A stretch of 64,000 bases of DNA from Zancudomyces culisetae HAW-14-8 (GCA_052426225.1 JBNJNM010000006.1:372001-436000); one strand, 5' to 3'. Positions 33,454 through 47,774 are shown, counted from the first letter of the stretch. Program-made: numbers and translations. Notes: a model not told the origin generated them from the sequence alone.

Positions 33454-34964
33454 ATGCTTTCACGAACCGTTGGCTCAAGATCAGTAAACAAAGGTAACTA
33501 ATCTCGACATTAATCTCCAATCCTCATGACCCCACATCAATCCACGCTGCCTCAATCCACCTCGCCAATTTCCAGTCAGGTTTACCAATTTATTGTGTAC
33601 AATACCTTCGATTATAAAATAAACAAAGAAAGTTCTTGGGTGAGGTCGTATGGATAGAGAGTAAAATGAAAGCGTATCTACATATATTGACAGATATAGG
33701 GTTTTTAGGTTGGCGGCTACTAATCTCATACTAAAAAAATTACACTTTGTACGTATAAAATAGTCTGCCAAAGAGGTCTTTCAACCTCTGTAAAGCTCCA
33801 AGGCTATTCAGATACTCTAAAGAACCTTGCAATTAACAAAAACACCAAAGCTATTTTCCAAGGAATCACCGGAAAACAAGTAATTAGCCCAACGCCACTT
33901 CTATACCATACTTAGCCGACATTCACATTATATACCTGTGTCGCTTATGATGTACCATTTACAAACTTCAAGTATAAATATTCAACAAAAATAAATAAAT
34001 GAATAGGGTATGCTTCAGGCAAGATTGTCAAAAGAATACGGAACCAACCTCGTCGGAGGTGTATCACCAAAGAAGGCTGGTGAAACCATCCTTGGTGTTC
34101 CTGTATATGGATCAGTAGCTGATGTAAATTCATTTATATTACCTTATAAAAATCTTAACCCCCAAACACTATTAATAACACAATTGGACAACATATCGTT
34201 ACCACTAACGTGTTATATCTTTACACACGCAAATTTAGGCTGTAAAACACGAAAAGCCAGACGCCACAGTGATATTTGTTCCTCCAGCATTCACATCCGG
34301 AGCTATTTTGGAAGCAATTGAAAATGAAGTTGGATTGATTGTAGCTATCACCGAAGGTGTCCCTCAACACGATATGGCCAAAGTTGTATCTGCACTGAAA
34401 CAACAAAGCAAGTCCAGATTGTTGGGACCAAATTGCCCAGGAATCATCAAACCAGGTGGATGCAGACTTGGAATTATGCCTGGCCATATCCACACTCCAG
34501 GAAAAATCGGAATTGTTTCACGATCAGGTACTCTCACATACGAGGCTGTCGACCAAACCACAAGGTGCGGACTGGGTCAATCTTTGGTTATTGGCATTGG
34601 TGGTGATCCATTCCACGGAACAAGCTTTGTTGATGGTGTCGAACTCTTCTTGAACGATCCAGAAACCGAAGGTATTATTCTCATTGGTGAAATTGGTGGA
34701 GATGAAGAAGAAAAGGCAGCTCGCTACCTAATTGAACACAACCTCACCCGCAAGAACCCCAAGCCTGTTGTCTCATTTATCACTGGTGTAAGTGCACCTC
34801 CAGGCCGTCGTATGGGTCACGCTGGTGCCATCGTTTCTGGTGGAAGTGGCGGTGCTGAAAACAAGATCAAGGCTCTGGAAGCAGCCCAGGTCAGAGTATC
34901 CAGATCCCCAGCTTTGCTAGGTGAGATGATGGTCCAATACATGAAAGATCTCAACTTACTTTAA
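33454..34964 (+). CDS. LSC1: Succinyl-CoA ligase alpha subunit (exons 33454-33493, 33764-33879, 34007-34123, 34239-34964; 332 aa)
   Basis: [39 protein letters not shown] phospho-His motif; three GT-AG introns keep the frame. Confidence 0.96.
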
Positions 34965-35209
34965 GCATTTTCCTACAATCACATTTCCTGTTTTTGTGTT
35001 TTATTTTCCTTTACTTTTATATATTTTCGTTGTTAATCCATGTTTTAAATGAGGAAATAAAAATAAACTACAAACAGTAGAAATATGCTAACGCATTGAA
35101 TGCTTTTTTTTCAACAAAAAAAAAATAATAAAGAGTAAAAAGCTTTAAAGATTCTATGCATTCTTATTTACACTTTTGTTTCTCCAAATCTGCCCCGGAC
35201 TATCGTGTG

Positions 35210-36460
35210 TTAGATTTGGCGATATCCCTGGTACCCTTGTCCATGCTGATACTGCAATTGCTGTTGTGCTCGGATGTGCAATTGCTGTTGTTGTTGCTGC
35301 TGTTGCTGCTGCTGCTGTTGTTGCTGTTGTTGCTGTTGTTGTTGTTGTAAAAGCTGCTGGTGCTGTTTCTGTTGTTGATAGTACTGGTTCTGGACTTGCT
35401 GAGCTTGCTGAGCTTGCTGCGTTTGTTGTTGCTGCAATTGCGCCTGTAACTGATACTGGAGATGGTGTGACAGCGTCTGTTGCTGTGCTGGTTGCTGAGT
35501 ACCAATCGCCTGTTGGTGCTGCTGTGAAGGCTGAATCTGAGTTGGAACCTGGGCTTGAGTTTGGGCCTGAGTTTGAACTCCTGGCCTCAGCGACAACAGA
35601 ATGTCATTAAAGTATGGATGTCTCAACGCATCTCGTGCTGTAATTCGCTTGCTGGGCATGCACTGGAGAAATCTACTTAGTAGGTCCAGCCCAAGTGCAT
35701 CAATAGTTGGTACATAACTCCTCAGGTTTTGTGGTGGATACAATCGGAAATCTTTCCTCCAATTTGGAAGGTCAGATACTCCCGGCCAGGTCGCCTCGGT
35801 AGGTGTCCCCAATATTCTGAATATTTTTTGCAATTGATCCTCGTTGCTTGCCCCCGTAAACAATGGCATTCCTGTGTACATCTCCGCCATAATACATCCT
35901 GCAGACCAAATATCAATGCTCGAATTATAGTTTCTTGAGCCTAGCAATACATCTGGAGGCCTGTACCATAACGTAACTACTTCACTAGAAAAGCTCACTA
36001 CTGGGATTCCTGTTGTTCTTGCTAACCCAAAATCTGCTATTTTTAATTGCCCATTGTGTACCAACAAATTTTGCGGCTTCAAATCCCGATGCAAAACTTT
36101 ATATTCGTGACAATACTCCATTCCACTTATCAATTGATACATGAACCACTTGATGGTAAATGGATCTAAGGCTCCTCTATTCCCATTGTTATCCATATAT
36201 TTCTTAAGATCCTGCCCCATAAATTCAAAAACAAGCATCAATTTCGTATCTGTATGCACTACGTCTAGTAACCTTATGACATTTGGATGCTCCAACTCCT
36301 TCATCAGCGATATCTCTCTTATCGCTGTTGAAGGTGCACCTTCTTCGGGATCTAGCGATATTTCTTTAAGCGCCACAATCTCACCCCTCTTGTTTTTTCC
36401 TTTAAATACCGTCGCGTATGTACCCTCCCCTAACTGCTCCAATTTTTGATAACTATCCAT
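35210..36460 (-). CDS. PHO85: Pho85/CDK5-type cyclin-dependent kinase with Q-rich C-terminal tail
   Basis: [45 protein letters not shown]. Confidence 0.95.
   Translation of the reverse strand: MDSYQKLEQLGEGTYATVFKGKNKRGEIVALKEISLDPEEGAPSTAIREISLMKELEHPNVIRLLDVVHTDTKLMLVFEFMGQDLKKYMDNNGNRGALDPFTIKWFMYQLISGMEYCHEYKVLHRDLKPQNLLVHNGQLKIADFGLARTTGIPVVSFSSEVVTLWYRPPDVLLGSRNYNSSIDIWSAGCIMAEMYTGMPLFTGASNEDQLQKIFRILGTPTEATWPGVSDLPNWRKDFRLYPPQNLRSYVPTIDALGLDLLSRFLQCMPSKRITARDALRHPYFNDILLSLRPGVQTQAQTQAQVPTQIQPSQQHQQAIGTQQPAQQQTLSHHLQYQLQAQLQQQQTQQAQQAQQVQNQYYQQQKQHQQLLQQQQQQQQQQQQQQQQQQQQQQLHIRAQQQLQYQHGQGYQGYRQI
35284..35347 (-). repeat. CAA/CAG polyglutamine tract within PHO85
   Basis: Run of about 21 Gln codons. 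Confidence 0.9.
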
Positions 36461-37545
36461 TTTCTTTCAAACAGCTGGTCTTGAATCCTATTAAATCCCG
36501 ACTAAAATTTATTTCTTATTCCACTGTATGTGTCTATGTATACATATATGTATATCTATATATGGGCGTACACACAAGCTAATGAATGAGCGAGCAAGTT
36601 GTCGTATTATACTTGTTTACTACTTCGCTCTTTGTCCCTCTGAATGTTTATGCTGAGTCCCTAATATATGAGGTTTGTAATCTAGTCTGAGCCAAGTATT
36701 GTACAGGTTCAAGTTAATTTGTATTTTGCTCTTTTTAGTTTTCCTTGTTACAACTCATCAATTATTTAGTTATACATCTTTCAAAAACATAAACAGAAAA
36801 TATTTGTAGAATGTATGGTATATGCTTCAAAATGCGTCTATTTTTTATTTTTAGACCTTTTTCGATAACTTGGCAGCCTTCTTTCGCCTGCTGTTCTTTT
36901 CATTTCTCCCATTTTAACGGGCAATTAAAATCAACTAGGGAATTTACTTTAACCCGCAGCAATTCATTGAAAATAATACATGTTTCTGTTCATTGGTGTT
37001 ATTCTTGGTTTCTAATATTGATAAAACCCAGACCTTTAAAAGCACCCTACTCCTTTTATTTAGCCTTCCCCTCCTCCAGTTAATATTAACTATTCGTGTA
37101 TGTGTGAATTTCATTGCCTAACTTACAGAATAGACTCTCGTTAAGAGTCTAATATTAGTTAATTCATTTTCCATTTTACCACACCTAACAGAACCCACTA
37201 CCACCCCTCATCTGACCCGGTTTTTGATGACTTTAAAGTGTTATAATCTCTCTTCCTTTACAATAAAACTGTTATACTATCAGCATAAACCAAATATAAA
37301 GAACTGTAAGATTCTGAGTTTATCATCAGCGCCTTGTAAACATTTTATTCTATAGTAGTGTATCACTCTATACGTAGCCATTTTTCTTGACAATATTCTC
37401 CTGCACCCCACCTCCATTTTTTTATTTTTTTTCTCTTCACTTTAAAAATAACATCTTTGTAACTCATTATTAGAATAGAACTGTATTCAGTATAAGTACT
37501 AAACGGAATTAAAAAATAAAAGCAAAACTTTTTGCAGAGCCGGTT

Positions 37546-38328
37546 CTACTTTTCATGTTTTTTCCGGGATGTTGTTACAAGCTGCGTAATAAACATCAAT
37601 ACTACCACCATCCCCAAAGCTACAAAGGCAACTACAGTTGAGGTTGACATTTGATTATCTTGCTCGCCGATTGCAACAATAAATCTTGTAACCACATAGT
37701 AGAAGTCTGTAAAATAATATATACTTGATCCATATACTGCCAAAAATCCGCCGTTTACCGCAAATGTATACATATCCCCAATATCATTGTAATAATACAA
37801 GACTGCTGAAACAACAACCGAGTATAAAAATAATATCACTATCTGAAACAACAGGCCTACCTCATCTCGCGGTATATAGTTGAGTACAAGTATTGAGGTA
37901 ACAAATATACCAAGCAAATAGTGTAATGCGTTCCCAATGCAATCGTAGGTAATGGAAATCAATCCAGCAAGCAAAGTAATAAATATCAAGATAATTGCAT
38001 ACACCATTATATAAGAATTATCTATTCCAGCGGCGTTGACTATACTACATATTATCATCACTGTGACAAGAAAAGTGAAGGTAGCGCCTGAAACAAATAT
38101 TGACACTGTTTTATTTCTCAACCCAATAAACCCGACCACCATTCCAGCGATAAAAAGCAGCATTAAGGATGAATTGATTAGTGTAAACTCGTTTTCCGTT
38201 TTACTTTTGACAACCATTTCTTCCACTTTTTCTGTTGCTGATACTTGTATAACCATGAATGTACACATCAACAAAAACAACACTACCATTCCACTGTACT
38301 TCTCTGACCTCTCCTTATGATTATACAT
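37546..38328 (-). CDS. Multi-pass membrane protein, possibly TM7S3/TM198 (DUF4203)-like
   Basis: Signal-like N-terminus then ~7 hydrophobic segments (IAGMVVGFIG, FVSGA, GGFLAVYG). Family call is tentative. Confidence 0.65.
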   Translation of the reverse strand: MYNHKERSEKYSGMVVLFLLMCTFMVIQVSATEKVEEMVVKSKTENEFTLINSSLMLLFIAGMVVGFIGLRNKTVSIFVSGATFTFLVTVMIICSIVNAAGIDNSYIMVYAIILIFITLLAGLISITYDCIGNALHYLLGIFVTSILVLNYIPRDEVGLLFQIVILFLYSVVVSAVLYYYNDIGDMYTFAVNGGFLAVYGSSIYYFTDFYYVVTRFIVAIGEQDNQMSTSTVVAFVALGMVVVLMFITQLVTTSRKKHEK

Positions 38329-40549
38329 TCTGTTTTACGTAACTAAGTACCACAAGTACTTTATTTAATGCTCTTTTTCAAAAAAAAAAAACCCCCTGTT
38401 ATTATACTATTAAATAGCGATATTAACCTATAATTATAACAATAGTGTTACTAGTATTACTCATTTGTATTATTAACAGGTGAGTTTGCAATTAAAATGT
38501 TGCTATTGCTCTTATACCATCAGTTCTTCTTTTTCTTTTGTACAAATATTCTACGTTACAACTAAACCCATTACAATATTTCTTGGCAGCACAGCCAGTT
38601 TGAGTATCAAGCGTCAAAGGAAACAAACAGACCTGTGCTGGAATCAAATGCGAAAAAAATAATTACCAATCAAAACCCCACTTTCCACAAGATCATATTA
38701 TTCACTATGATCTGTGATCTGTGAAAGTAGTTCTGGGTCACCCTATACTATATTGGTGCAAAAAAAAGCAATTTAGTTTGATGTACAAAAGTAATTGTGG
38801 TGGTAAGCGGAGATGATAATATATGAAAGAAATACTGTTTGTTTTGACGCCTTTATGTGAGTTTTTTTTTTGCATAGACGCTTCTATCGCCATACTGAAA
38901 GCCTCTTTGCATACAACTAAGCGAACTGAAAGATCAAGCACCAGAAAAAGGAACCTGTTGTGTTTACACATACCATTTATCTCAGCTCCCCACAAATATA
39001 ATGTCTTTTTTAAACCGCCTACTGGAACATCAGTAACAAATTTAATATTCGTGGCAGGTATTTTAGAAGTATTTTCTCCAAAAAAAAACCCCCCCACTGA
39101 AACAGCATTTAAGCTCCAATGTGGTCAGACTTTTTGCCAATAAACCAAATTGATATACGAACACATGGTAAATACCCATGCGAATTTTATTACCGCAATA
39201 ATTGGATTAGACTATGAAAAACTCTCACTAGTTTTTTTTGTTCCCAATATCCATACCATACCATTTCTTCTTGCGCACTTGCTATAAACGAAATAGAATA
39301 TCCAGTATTTATTTATTTTTGCCAAAGTTTCAGCATAGAACAGATCGCTACAAAATACCAATGTTAGCGTGTGATCATTTAACCTATACATACCAATACA
39401 TGTTCCACATATGATGAGGAGCCCAACTCCCCCTCCCCAACCTATTAGACGGTCGTGTTCCGTAGAAGCTTTTTTTTTTGCACATATACACAACTTTGGA
39501 TACATCAGGTGACTACAATTGGGATATTCCTGGATAGAAGTTACATTTACTGAGTTAGTTGCAACTGAAGTTTAGTGGATAATAGGTCTACAAGATTTTG
39601 ATGATTTTTGCGCGGCATTTTATTTTATTAGTAATATGTTCTTTATAAGAATACACAATTGACGAAAAGGGAGGAGAGGGATACAGGGTCTATATCCTAT
39701 ATTTTCGTCTTTGGAAGGCAATGAGGCTTGTGGAGTCTGCTAGGCATATTGAACCCTACACTTACCTCGCGACCCATAAATAGCCAATTAAGCTGCACAA
39801 TTTGACGTATTAGCGAATAACAGTTCTGTCATTCTAACCTATGACATAAACCAAGAAAAAATTGATGCAAAAGAAAAAAATACCGGAATTAGTAGGAGGT
39901 GTGTGCTATTTAAGGATCTTCGAAAGAGTTTACGCAGATTTAGTTGGGTAGTTTACCAAACTGGCAAGTAATGTAAGTGAACAGTTTAGCTCAAATTCAG
40001 ATTATCAGAGCAAACCAATTTGAGCGAATCTGGAGAAAGTTTTATTGATAAGGTGGCAAAAGGTGGATAAATGCAAAAATAATGCGAACGTGTGAATTAC
40101 ATGTGACCTTATTATATTGTATAGATTCTCTAACAGTTCACAAAAAAATATAGATAGTCTGTACCACGAATGCCAAACACTGCAATTAGCAATATAATAA
40201 TTAATCCCAAAAATCATTCTGCGGCTATATTTTAGAAAACATATAGAGAGAACGACAATTGAAATCATAGCGGACAATTGAATTCCAGTTTCAGCCTGTA
40301 TGTTGATATAAAAGTTGTAGAGTCTTTTTTTAGCAGTAAAGCAGATGCTAGGAGTGAAAGCAATAGCTAGTATAAATCAAAACGGAAAGAAAAACACACT
40401 GTGGTAATACGCTGTTTATACAAAACGTTCATATTTGATATAAAAAACTCCTCTAAAATATTCATTGTGTAACAATAAACCGCGTTCAGAGTAAATATAC
40501 TGACACAGCCCATAATCGAGAAAAGATACAACAGCTCCTCCCAAAAAAA

Positions 40550-42309
40550 ATGGCGAGCGTAGAACAATATTCTGTTCTTAGAACCGATATAAGGAATAGA
40601 CACTCCGATCTTGCGGGGGCATTTGACGATGATTTATGCCTGGAAATTGCTGACGAGCTCAAACATACTGGAACGATTTTTTCTTCGACAATCAATTTGT
40701 GCAATACGATACTTGGTTCAGGAATGTTGGCAATGGTCGGTAAAATTTTCCTTTATCTTCTAAATGTACACATTTGGTTGATAAATAACAGATCTTATTT
40801 AATTAATGAATGTGCTAAATAGCCTTACGCAATTTCGACGGCTGGAATTTTGTTGGGGTCATGTATGATAATATTTTCAGGATTTACCTCAGCAGTGGGT
40901 CTTTACCTGCTTGCACGATGTGCTGAAAAAGTTCCTGGTAGAAAATCTTCCTTTTTTGCTGTAGCAGGGCTGACGTACCCTAAGGCCGCACTACTTTTTG
41001 ATTTTGCCATAGCGCTAAAATGTTTTGGCGTTTCAGTGTCATACTTGATAATTTTTGGAGACTTGTTTCCACAGGTTGTATTATTTTTTGGTGTACCCCC
41101 AGACTCCATTGTAGCAAGTAGGTCTCTCTGGATAACTGCTGCTCTAATAGGAATGGTACCACTAGCCTTCAAGAAACAGCTCGATTCGTTAAAATACGTG
41201 AGCTTTGTTGCGCTAGTGGCTGTGGTATATTTGCTATACTCGGTTACCGATTACTACTTTGACAAGGAACATAGACCCCAGGTTCCAAGTGATGAAATTA
41301 AATTTGTGAATATGAATTTGAATGTTATATTTACGATACCATTATATGTATTTGCGTTTACTTGTCATCAAAACGTAAGTCTAATATTTATTTATACGCT
41401 TTTACTATATAAAAATCGGGGGGGGGGGGTTACATTTTGTTACTATTATAAAAGACTTTTGAGTTCATATATAAAATAACGTGATTATAGATATTTTCGA
41501 TATACAACGAGCTTAAAGACAACTCACCCCGAAACGTCAACAAAACCATTGAATTTTCGATATTTACCTCCGCAACCCTTTACCACTGGATTGGTGTGCT
41601 AGCGTATCTGACTTTTGGTTCAAAGACTGTGGCAAATATATTAACTCTGTGTAAGTTTTTGTTGATTTTGGTAGAAAAGACGCATTGTACATTTTTGATT
41701 TGCTACAATATGTTTTCATCTTTATATTGATCTCGATAAATAGATCCTGCTACATTGTTATTCAACTGTTGCAAGGCTGCTGTTGCGTTTTTTGTTGTAT
41801 CTGCATATCCTCTGCAATGCCACCCAGCACGTGCCTCTATAGGGAGAATGATAGCAGGTTTTCAGTCTCCGAAGCAAGAAACAAGCATTTTAATGGCACC
41901 ACCTAGTTATTCAGAGCTGGCAGACCAGCCTACACTCGTATCTTCCCCACAATCTCTTGAAAATGGTACAGCCTTTTACGGAAGGCTTAGCGAAAACAAC
42001 ACACCAAATTCCAGCACCTCTATCAGACACGACCTGTCAGAAAGAGCCTTCACTTTGATTACCATACTTCTGCTGCTTTCATCATACTTTGTAGCGATAA
42101 TGGTGCAGAACTTGAGCCTTATTTTGGCATTCGTTGGTTCTACCGGGTCGACTTCGATCTCTTTTATCTTGCCTGGACTGTTGTACTACAAGCTCAATGA
42201 AAACGGGCATTGGGATATAAGGAAAATATTGTCTGTGTTTTTGGTGTTCTATGGTTTTGGTGTGATGCTGTTGAGTTTGTTTGTGAATGTCAGAAGCATC
42301 TTTGTTTAG
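40550..42309 (+). CDS. Vacuolar amino-acid transporter, AVT5/6-like (exons 40550-40735, 40823-41374, 41491-41650, 41744-42309; ~487 aa)
   Basis: INLCNTILGSGMLAMPYA, KCFGVSVSYLIIFGD, FAFTCHQN, GSTGSTSISFILPG; GT-AG introns keep the frame. Confidence 0.92.
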
Positions 42310-43029
42310 ATAAAAGAGATTACATGTTTCTTAGCTATTTATTGTCTTTAGAACTTGCTTTATACAGTGCTTTATTTTGCATAATACACATAAAATTATA
42401 CTCGTATTTCTTCTTGAAAAGTTGCTAGCGAAATTGGTGCTTACATTAAAAATGAGTAGAGATAAAGCTTGACCATTTTTGCATCCAAATATTTCAATGT
42501 ACACATGGCTATTAAAATACATGGCCGTTTGGCATTGAAGCACTTACCTTGTGCTACTGCAGTTTCCGGCTCCTTGTAGCAAAAGTTATGTTAAATTTAT
42601 TGCGTGATATTTGAAGTCCTGTAGCTGTCAAATTGCGAAATAATCACTACCAGTGATAAAAATACAAGTTATCAATACCCCTACATAGTGTATTTTCCTG
42701 TCAATAAGAAAAGTACATCATGCCTCAATGTAGCACACTATAGCTGACTTTTCATATTTTATTTAGCATAAAATTACAAATGTTTCAAAAAAGGCAAATA
42801 CTTGAGATTTGTTTATTCAAGCAAAGCTCCTGAATCTACAAAGAAAAACATAAAAACAGGGTAGATAAGGAAAATTAAACTAGATAATACCGATATTTTA
42901 TCACGCATATCACACCCTCCTTTACTATCCCCAGTCGTTGATTTTCTCCTTTTTATAGTATGAATGAGAATGACAGTGAAGCGATTGTGAAAACAAAAAT
43001 GGTGAAATCTCACACTGAATCTTGCTTTA

Positions 43030-43515
43030 TCATACCATAAAACTCTCTCCACATCCACAAGCGCCTTTTATATTTGGATTGTTAAAGACAAATTTCGATG
43101 CTAGTTTTCCCTCAAAGTAATCCATTTCTGTTCCAATCAATGTTAACAATGCCTTAGAATCTACAAACATTGTAACTCCTAGAAGCGGGGATAAAGATGT
43201 TATGAGACTTAGTTAACTGTTACTCCCATCTTTTTGATACAAAGCCGTAGTAAATATATTTAATAAACAGGACTTACCGTCTTGTGTGATTTTCTCGTCG
43301 AATTTTTCGGGTTTTTCAACCCATGACATAGTATATGCATTACCCGAGCATCCCTTTCCCTGGATACCAACCTTTAAATATTGTATCCTTCTTTCTCGCT
43401 CGTTATTCTTGTATATTTCTTGTAGTCTATTCACGGCTTTTGGAGTAAGCCTCATGAGCTCTTTAAATCTTTTTCCCTTTTCAGCAATTCGGACAGTTAC
43501 TCTAGCAGCAGACAT
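43030..43515 (-). CDS. ISA1: Iron-sulfur cluster assembly protein Isa1 (exons 43515-43278, 43178-43030; 128 aa)
   Basis: LTPKAV, KGCSG, GTEMDY, FNNPNIKGACGCGESF after splicing. Confidence 0.93.
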
Positions 43516-44453
43516 TCTAGTTTATTTTTTCTCGCTTTGGCTACCTTTCTCGTATTAATGAATTAGTAGATCCGGATATTATATTTGTTTCGCTATGTTT
43601 ACAAGCTTCTATAGATTTTTTTACAATTCAATTCTCTTTGATCGCTAATTTAATATTAACTCCTACACACTGAGTTAATTTCTTGGAATTCTTTATCAAA
43701 AAAAATATGAAGAAAAAATTATAAAAATGGTATCCTCTTATATAGCCAATTACACTGCTTTTTTTCTCTCTTCACCTCCCTAATCCGACTGAACCTCATG
43801 ACCTAAGAATTTGCTGTTAATTAGATAATATCTAATAATGCTTTTAGGACCAAAACACATGTTTGAATGGGCTGTGCTAGATAAGCCTTATACGGTTAGG
43901 TTTATTTCCTGGTTTGGTTGCAAGTTGTGTTTGATAAAAAAAAGGAATAGATGCAAACATTTTCGCACACAATATTTTTTCGCACGCAATCAAAAATTTT
44001 TGGTATAAAGTTTGCTCTTGGACACCGTTGTCAAAGTCGATATTGCAAAGAGTGATACGGATATACAGGTTAAGTATAGCACCCATAGTTACTGTCTCTG
44101 AAATATTACTGTTTTCGTTATGAAATGTCTAATTTTCATTACCATTCGGAAAATAAATGCTTCTTCAGGAAAAGGCATGTTATAGCGCATCTGGTATTGA
44201 TATATTTTCTGCTGCTATAACCTATCTATTATTTTTAAATAAATACCTGGATTGCCATCAGAGTTGAAGAGATAACACACCACTTTTACAGGTAGCCAGG
44301 ATATGCTCTACCAACAAAAGTATCAAGAGACAAATTTAGTGTCGGAATCTTTTAATATTACACTTCATTAAGATTGAAATAAATAAAACATGCTGACCAT
44401 AAATTAGAACCAACTAAAAAAACACAAAAAAAATACAATGAGAGCACCGTTCT

Positions 44454-45797
44454 TTATATTTTAAACATAGTACTTCTCAGGGCTGCGAGTTGCCTTCTAT
44501 CTTCGCTGCTAGGCACATGATATGGAGCAGGCCTGCAGTCATCATGCGATCGACCCCCAACAGAAATTGTGTTTTTTCTTAATGGAGGATGAGGAGGTCT
44601 GTATTTAGATTCAAAGCTCTCTGTAGAATCAGAGTTATTGTATAAAGTGTCCAATTTGACATATTTACTTGGCCGTGTTTCTGGGGAAGTCGTGCAGCTA
44701 GCCTCACTTATGGTGACACCTCTTATGTGGATTTTGGGTAGTGATAGTTCGGGTATTAAGCCAAAGGATGATGTCTCATCTGTTGCAACCGAGGCTAGGG
44801 TATGAAGCCCGTTACTGGGTTGGTGCTTTGGTTTATAGTCGTAGATATCAGGTGAAGCCAACGAAGAGTGATTTTTTCCTGCAAAACTGAACGGTTTCTT
44901 GTCGACAAAGTAGGCATTAGTGATATCTTTTACAGGTTTTATGGAGGAATTTAAAAAGAATGGAGGAGAATTGGGCACCTCGTTGGGGTTGAATTTCCAA
45001 GAATCGGAATTTGGATAAGAAATACCAGTAAATGTAGGTGATGAGTGCATATACGGGTGTTTTTTCAGATCAGGCTGTGGTTTATCCAAACCCTTAACAT
45101 TATCCATGGAAGTGCTTTTCCATGCGCTTGTTGATCGATGTCTTTTGGAAACAACTTGTGTGGTCATAAAGGCACTACTGCCAAGACTGGTGTGTACTAA
45201 TTCTGGGACCATATCTGGATACATATCGTTGGGGATGACCAACTTTTTTAACCTTGGATCCATAGATGGAACACACAGCTTCCCACTAGCAACGTGTTCT
45301 TTGTCATAGTAGCAGATTAAGTGGAGCTTACTTCCATATGATGTGAATACAGATAGCGATTTCTTTACCAATCCTCTTTTTTTTACAGTTCCTCCATTTA
45401 CACTATTAACTGATTCATAGGCCTCACTCTCGTAACCGTATATTTTATTTCCATTGTTACTATCAACACCTTTGCAATATCCGTTGGTTGCACCGCCTGT
45501 ATAACTTCTCATGCTCTGCTTTGAGTCCAGTGAGTCAATAGATGGCCTCTTATTTTCAAGTTCTTGGTATATTAGAAAACATCCATTTACGCGAGAAGGC
45601 GACCAACATTTCCCATCTGTCCACCTTCTTATTCCAGACTCCTCCTCGTCCCATACATATATGGAACCAGATTTGATATTTGCACGTTCTTCATCGCTCA
45701 GCCTTCGCTGTACTCTCTTTAGTAGTCCTATTCTACAAGCTTCAAAGACAAGAAGCGTATCATTTGTTGAATCAATATATCCCCTGTACGTCTCCAT
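44454..45797 (-). CDS. Gti1/Pac2 (WOPR) family transcription factor
   Basis: ETYRGYI...LLVFEAC...IRRWTDGKCWSPSR (WOPRa) and GLVKKSLS...HLICYY (WOPRb). Confidence 0.93.
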   Translation of the reverse strand: METYRGYIDSTNDTLLVFEACRIGLLKRVQRRLSDEERANIKSGSIYVWDEEESGIRRWTDGKCWSPSRVNGCFLIYQELENKRPSIDSLDSKQSMRSYTGGATNGYCKGVDSNNGNKIYGYESEAYESVNSVNGGTVKKRGLVKKSLSVFTSYGSKLHLICYYDKEHVASGKLCVPSMDPRLKKLVIPNDMYPDMVPELVHTSLGSSAFMTTQVVSKRHRSTSAWKSTSMDNVKGLDKPQPDLKKHPYMHSSPTFTGISYPNSDSWKFNPNEVPNSPPFFLNSSIKPVKDITNAYFVDKKPFSFAGKNHSSLASPDIYDYKPKHQPSNGLHTLASVATDETSSFGLIPELSLPKIHIRGVTISEASCTTSPETRPSKYVKLDTLYNNSDSTESFESKYRPPHPPLRKNTISVGGRSHDDCRPAPYHVPSSEDRRQLAALRSTMFKI

Positions 45798-47774
45798 CAG
45801 AAACTATCTATTACCTTACCAAAATATAATAGTTTATATAAAGCTATATCTGCTGGGATGTGTGTTTTAATTTTTTAACATAAAACTGTCAAGCTATACT
45901 AACTCTACTTGCTGACTAAAGTGTCGAAATATAAAATGGGAAAACTAAAATTTCTAGAAAATATAGCTTTTTATCAATGTCGAATTCTGTGAAATGAAAG
46001 CTTTGACTTGATTTAAAATTCAAAAGTGTTACCTCTGTCTTATTCATTGCTTATATTATTTTTTTAATTAAGGTTGAAATATGTGAAAAAATATTAAATA
46101 AGGTTTAAACAAAATTTTAAAAGAAAACACCTTACGCTTTTTACCATTGATCATATTTCAAAAGCATGATTGTGCTAGTTGACTTTTTAATATTTCCTCC
46201 TTGATACAAAGATGTTTAATATACCAGTTTCGCTAAACCAACGGACTTTGTGTTTGAAAACATACGAGAAAAAATCATTGACAATTTTATAAAGTCATAG
46301 TTTACGTAAATTATAACAATTACGACATAATTATCCATGTAGCAAATTTTATTGACGCATTTTAGACTGCTTATGCGTTGAAAATCGCTAATATTTTAGA
46401 TGTCGTTTATATTTGTTGGGGGAAGGGGAGGGGGCGTACTATATGGGCATTATTGTTCAAAATTCTACTTTTGTCACACTGATACATTCAGAAAGTATGT
46501 ACCAGTACTTTCAATTTTTTTCAGATTTTACGCCATTTTGATCTTTTTTTTTTTGGAAAACTACTACTTTCTGGTTGGCAAAGTGATGAAAAAAAGAAAA
46601 TTTTTCGTCTTTAAAAGAGCAAGTTTGTTGTCCAATTAACCTTTATATTTTTTGTGAGTGCCAGAAAAATAAGAAGTTAGAAAGTTTCTGGTTAGTGAGC
46701 ATACCACTTTAAACCAAAGCCTGCTTCTTAAAATCTTTTGCAATCCCTGCAGAGATGTTAACCTGATGTATTAAAAAACTAAATTTTCAGCTTCGTAAAG
46801 ATACAGCTCGGAAATAAATAAATAAAATGTCACCAGATTTACTGGGGGGGAGTAAGGGCTAGGCTTCACATTTTAATCTCAAACAAGAAAAAAACTAGTT
46901 TTAGCTAACTGGTGTTGTAGTAAGTGACCTGCACTAGTCCGCCAACGCTTGATTCTCGAGCATAGTATAGTAATGATATAAACGTGTTTACTAGGGTCTT
47001 GTAAACCAAAAATAAAATAAAATCAATAAAGCACAATAAACGACGTATAAGGGGCTGCACATCGCCCAAATCGGTTAAAATAATGATGATGATGCAATAG
47101 CTACATGAGTGATTGTGCTATTAAAAACTACACTGTTTTATTTTAATTAATTTTTCATTCCATAAATCGATCTTATTCCTGACTTTTTTTATACTTTGGA
47201 CGACTTGTATGTTTCTATTAAGCAAACTTGATAAGGACGTGTGCAATTTTTATTCTGCAAATAACATGGTTAAATAGTTGTATAATTAATTCATAATATA
47301 ATTTTAGGAATGCCAAATTAATATTTTTTGGAAATCCTAAATATTTCCATACCATTAACGAACACATGTTATGTTTAATGATGGGCGCTTTTAATTTGTA
47401 AACTACACTCGATTTTTTTTCACAACTGCCTGAAGTTGTAAATAGCTTTAATGCACAGTTATAATGATTAGCCTCTATTTACTCCAAATGTTTACTACAG
47501 TCGATACAAATATATAGAATCAAAACAAAGGACGACAGTAGTTAAAAAAAGATATACGCAAAGGAGTAAACGAGGTTACTCACTAAATTAACAAGTTTGC
47601 TCGTTCATATCCGTCTATTATTTTTATAATTTTCAGCTAGCCGCTTCTTTCAACTATTTTATATGCTAGCTTTAATAAAATGCTTCCATACTGATTAAAT
47701 AAACAACGATACATTTGCCTGTAAATGTGTTTATATAAAAATTATCGCGGTTAGACGCATCTACTACTTAAACA

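Noticed and set aside
35156-35610. Poly-Leu and Ala/Val ORFs
   Set aside because: Alternative frames of the PHO85 CAG/CAA repeat.
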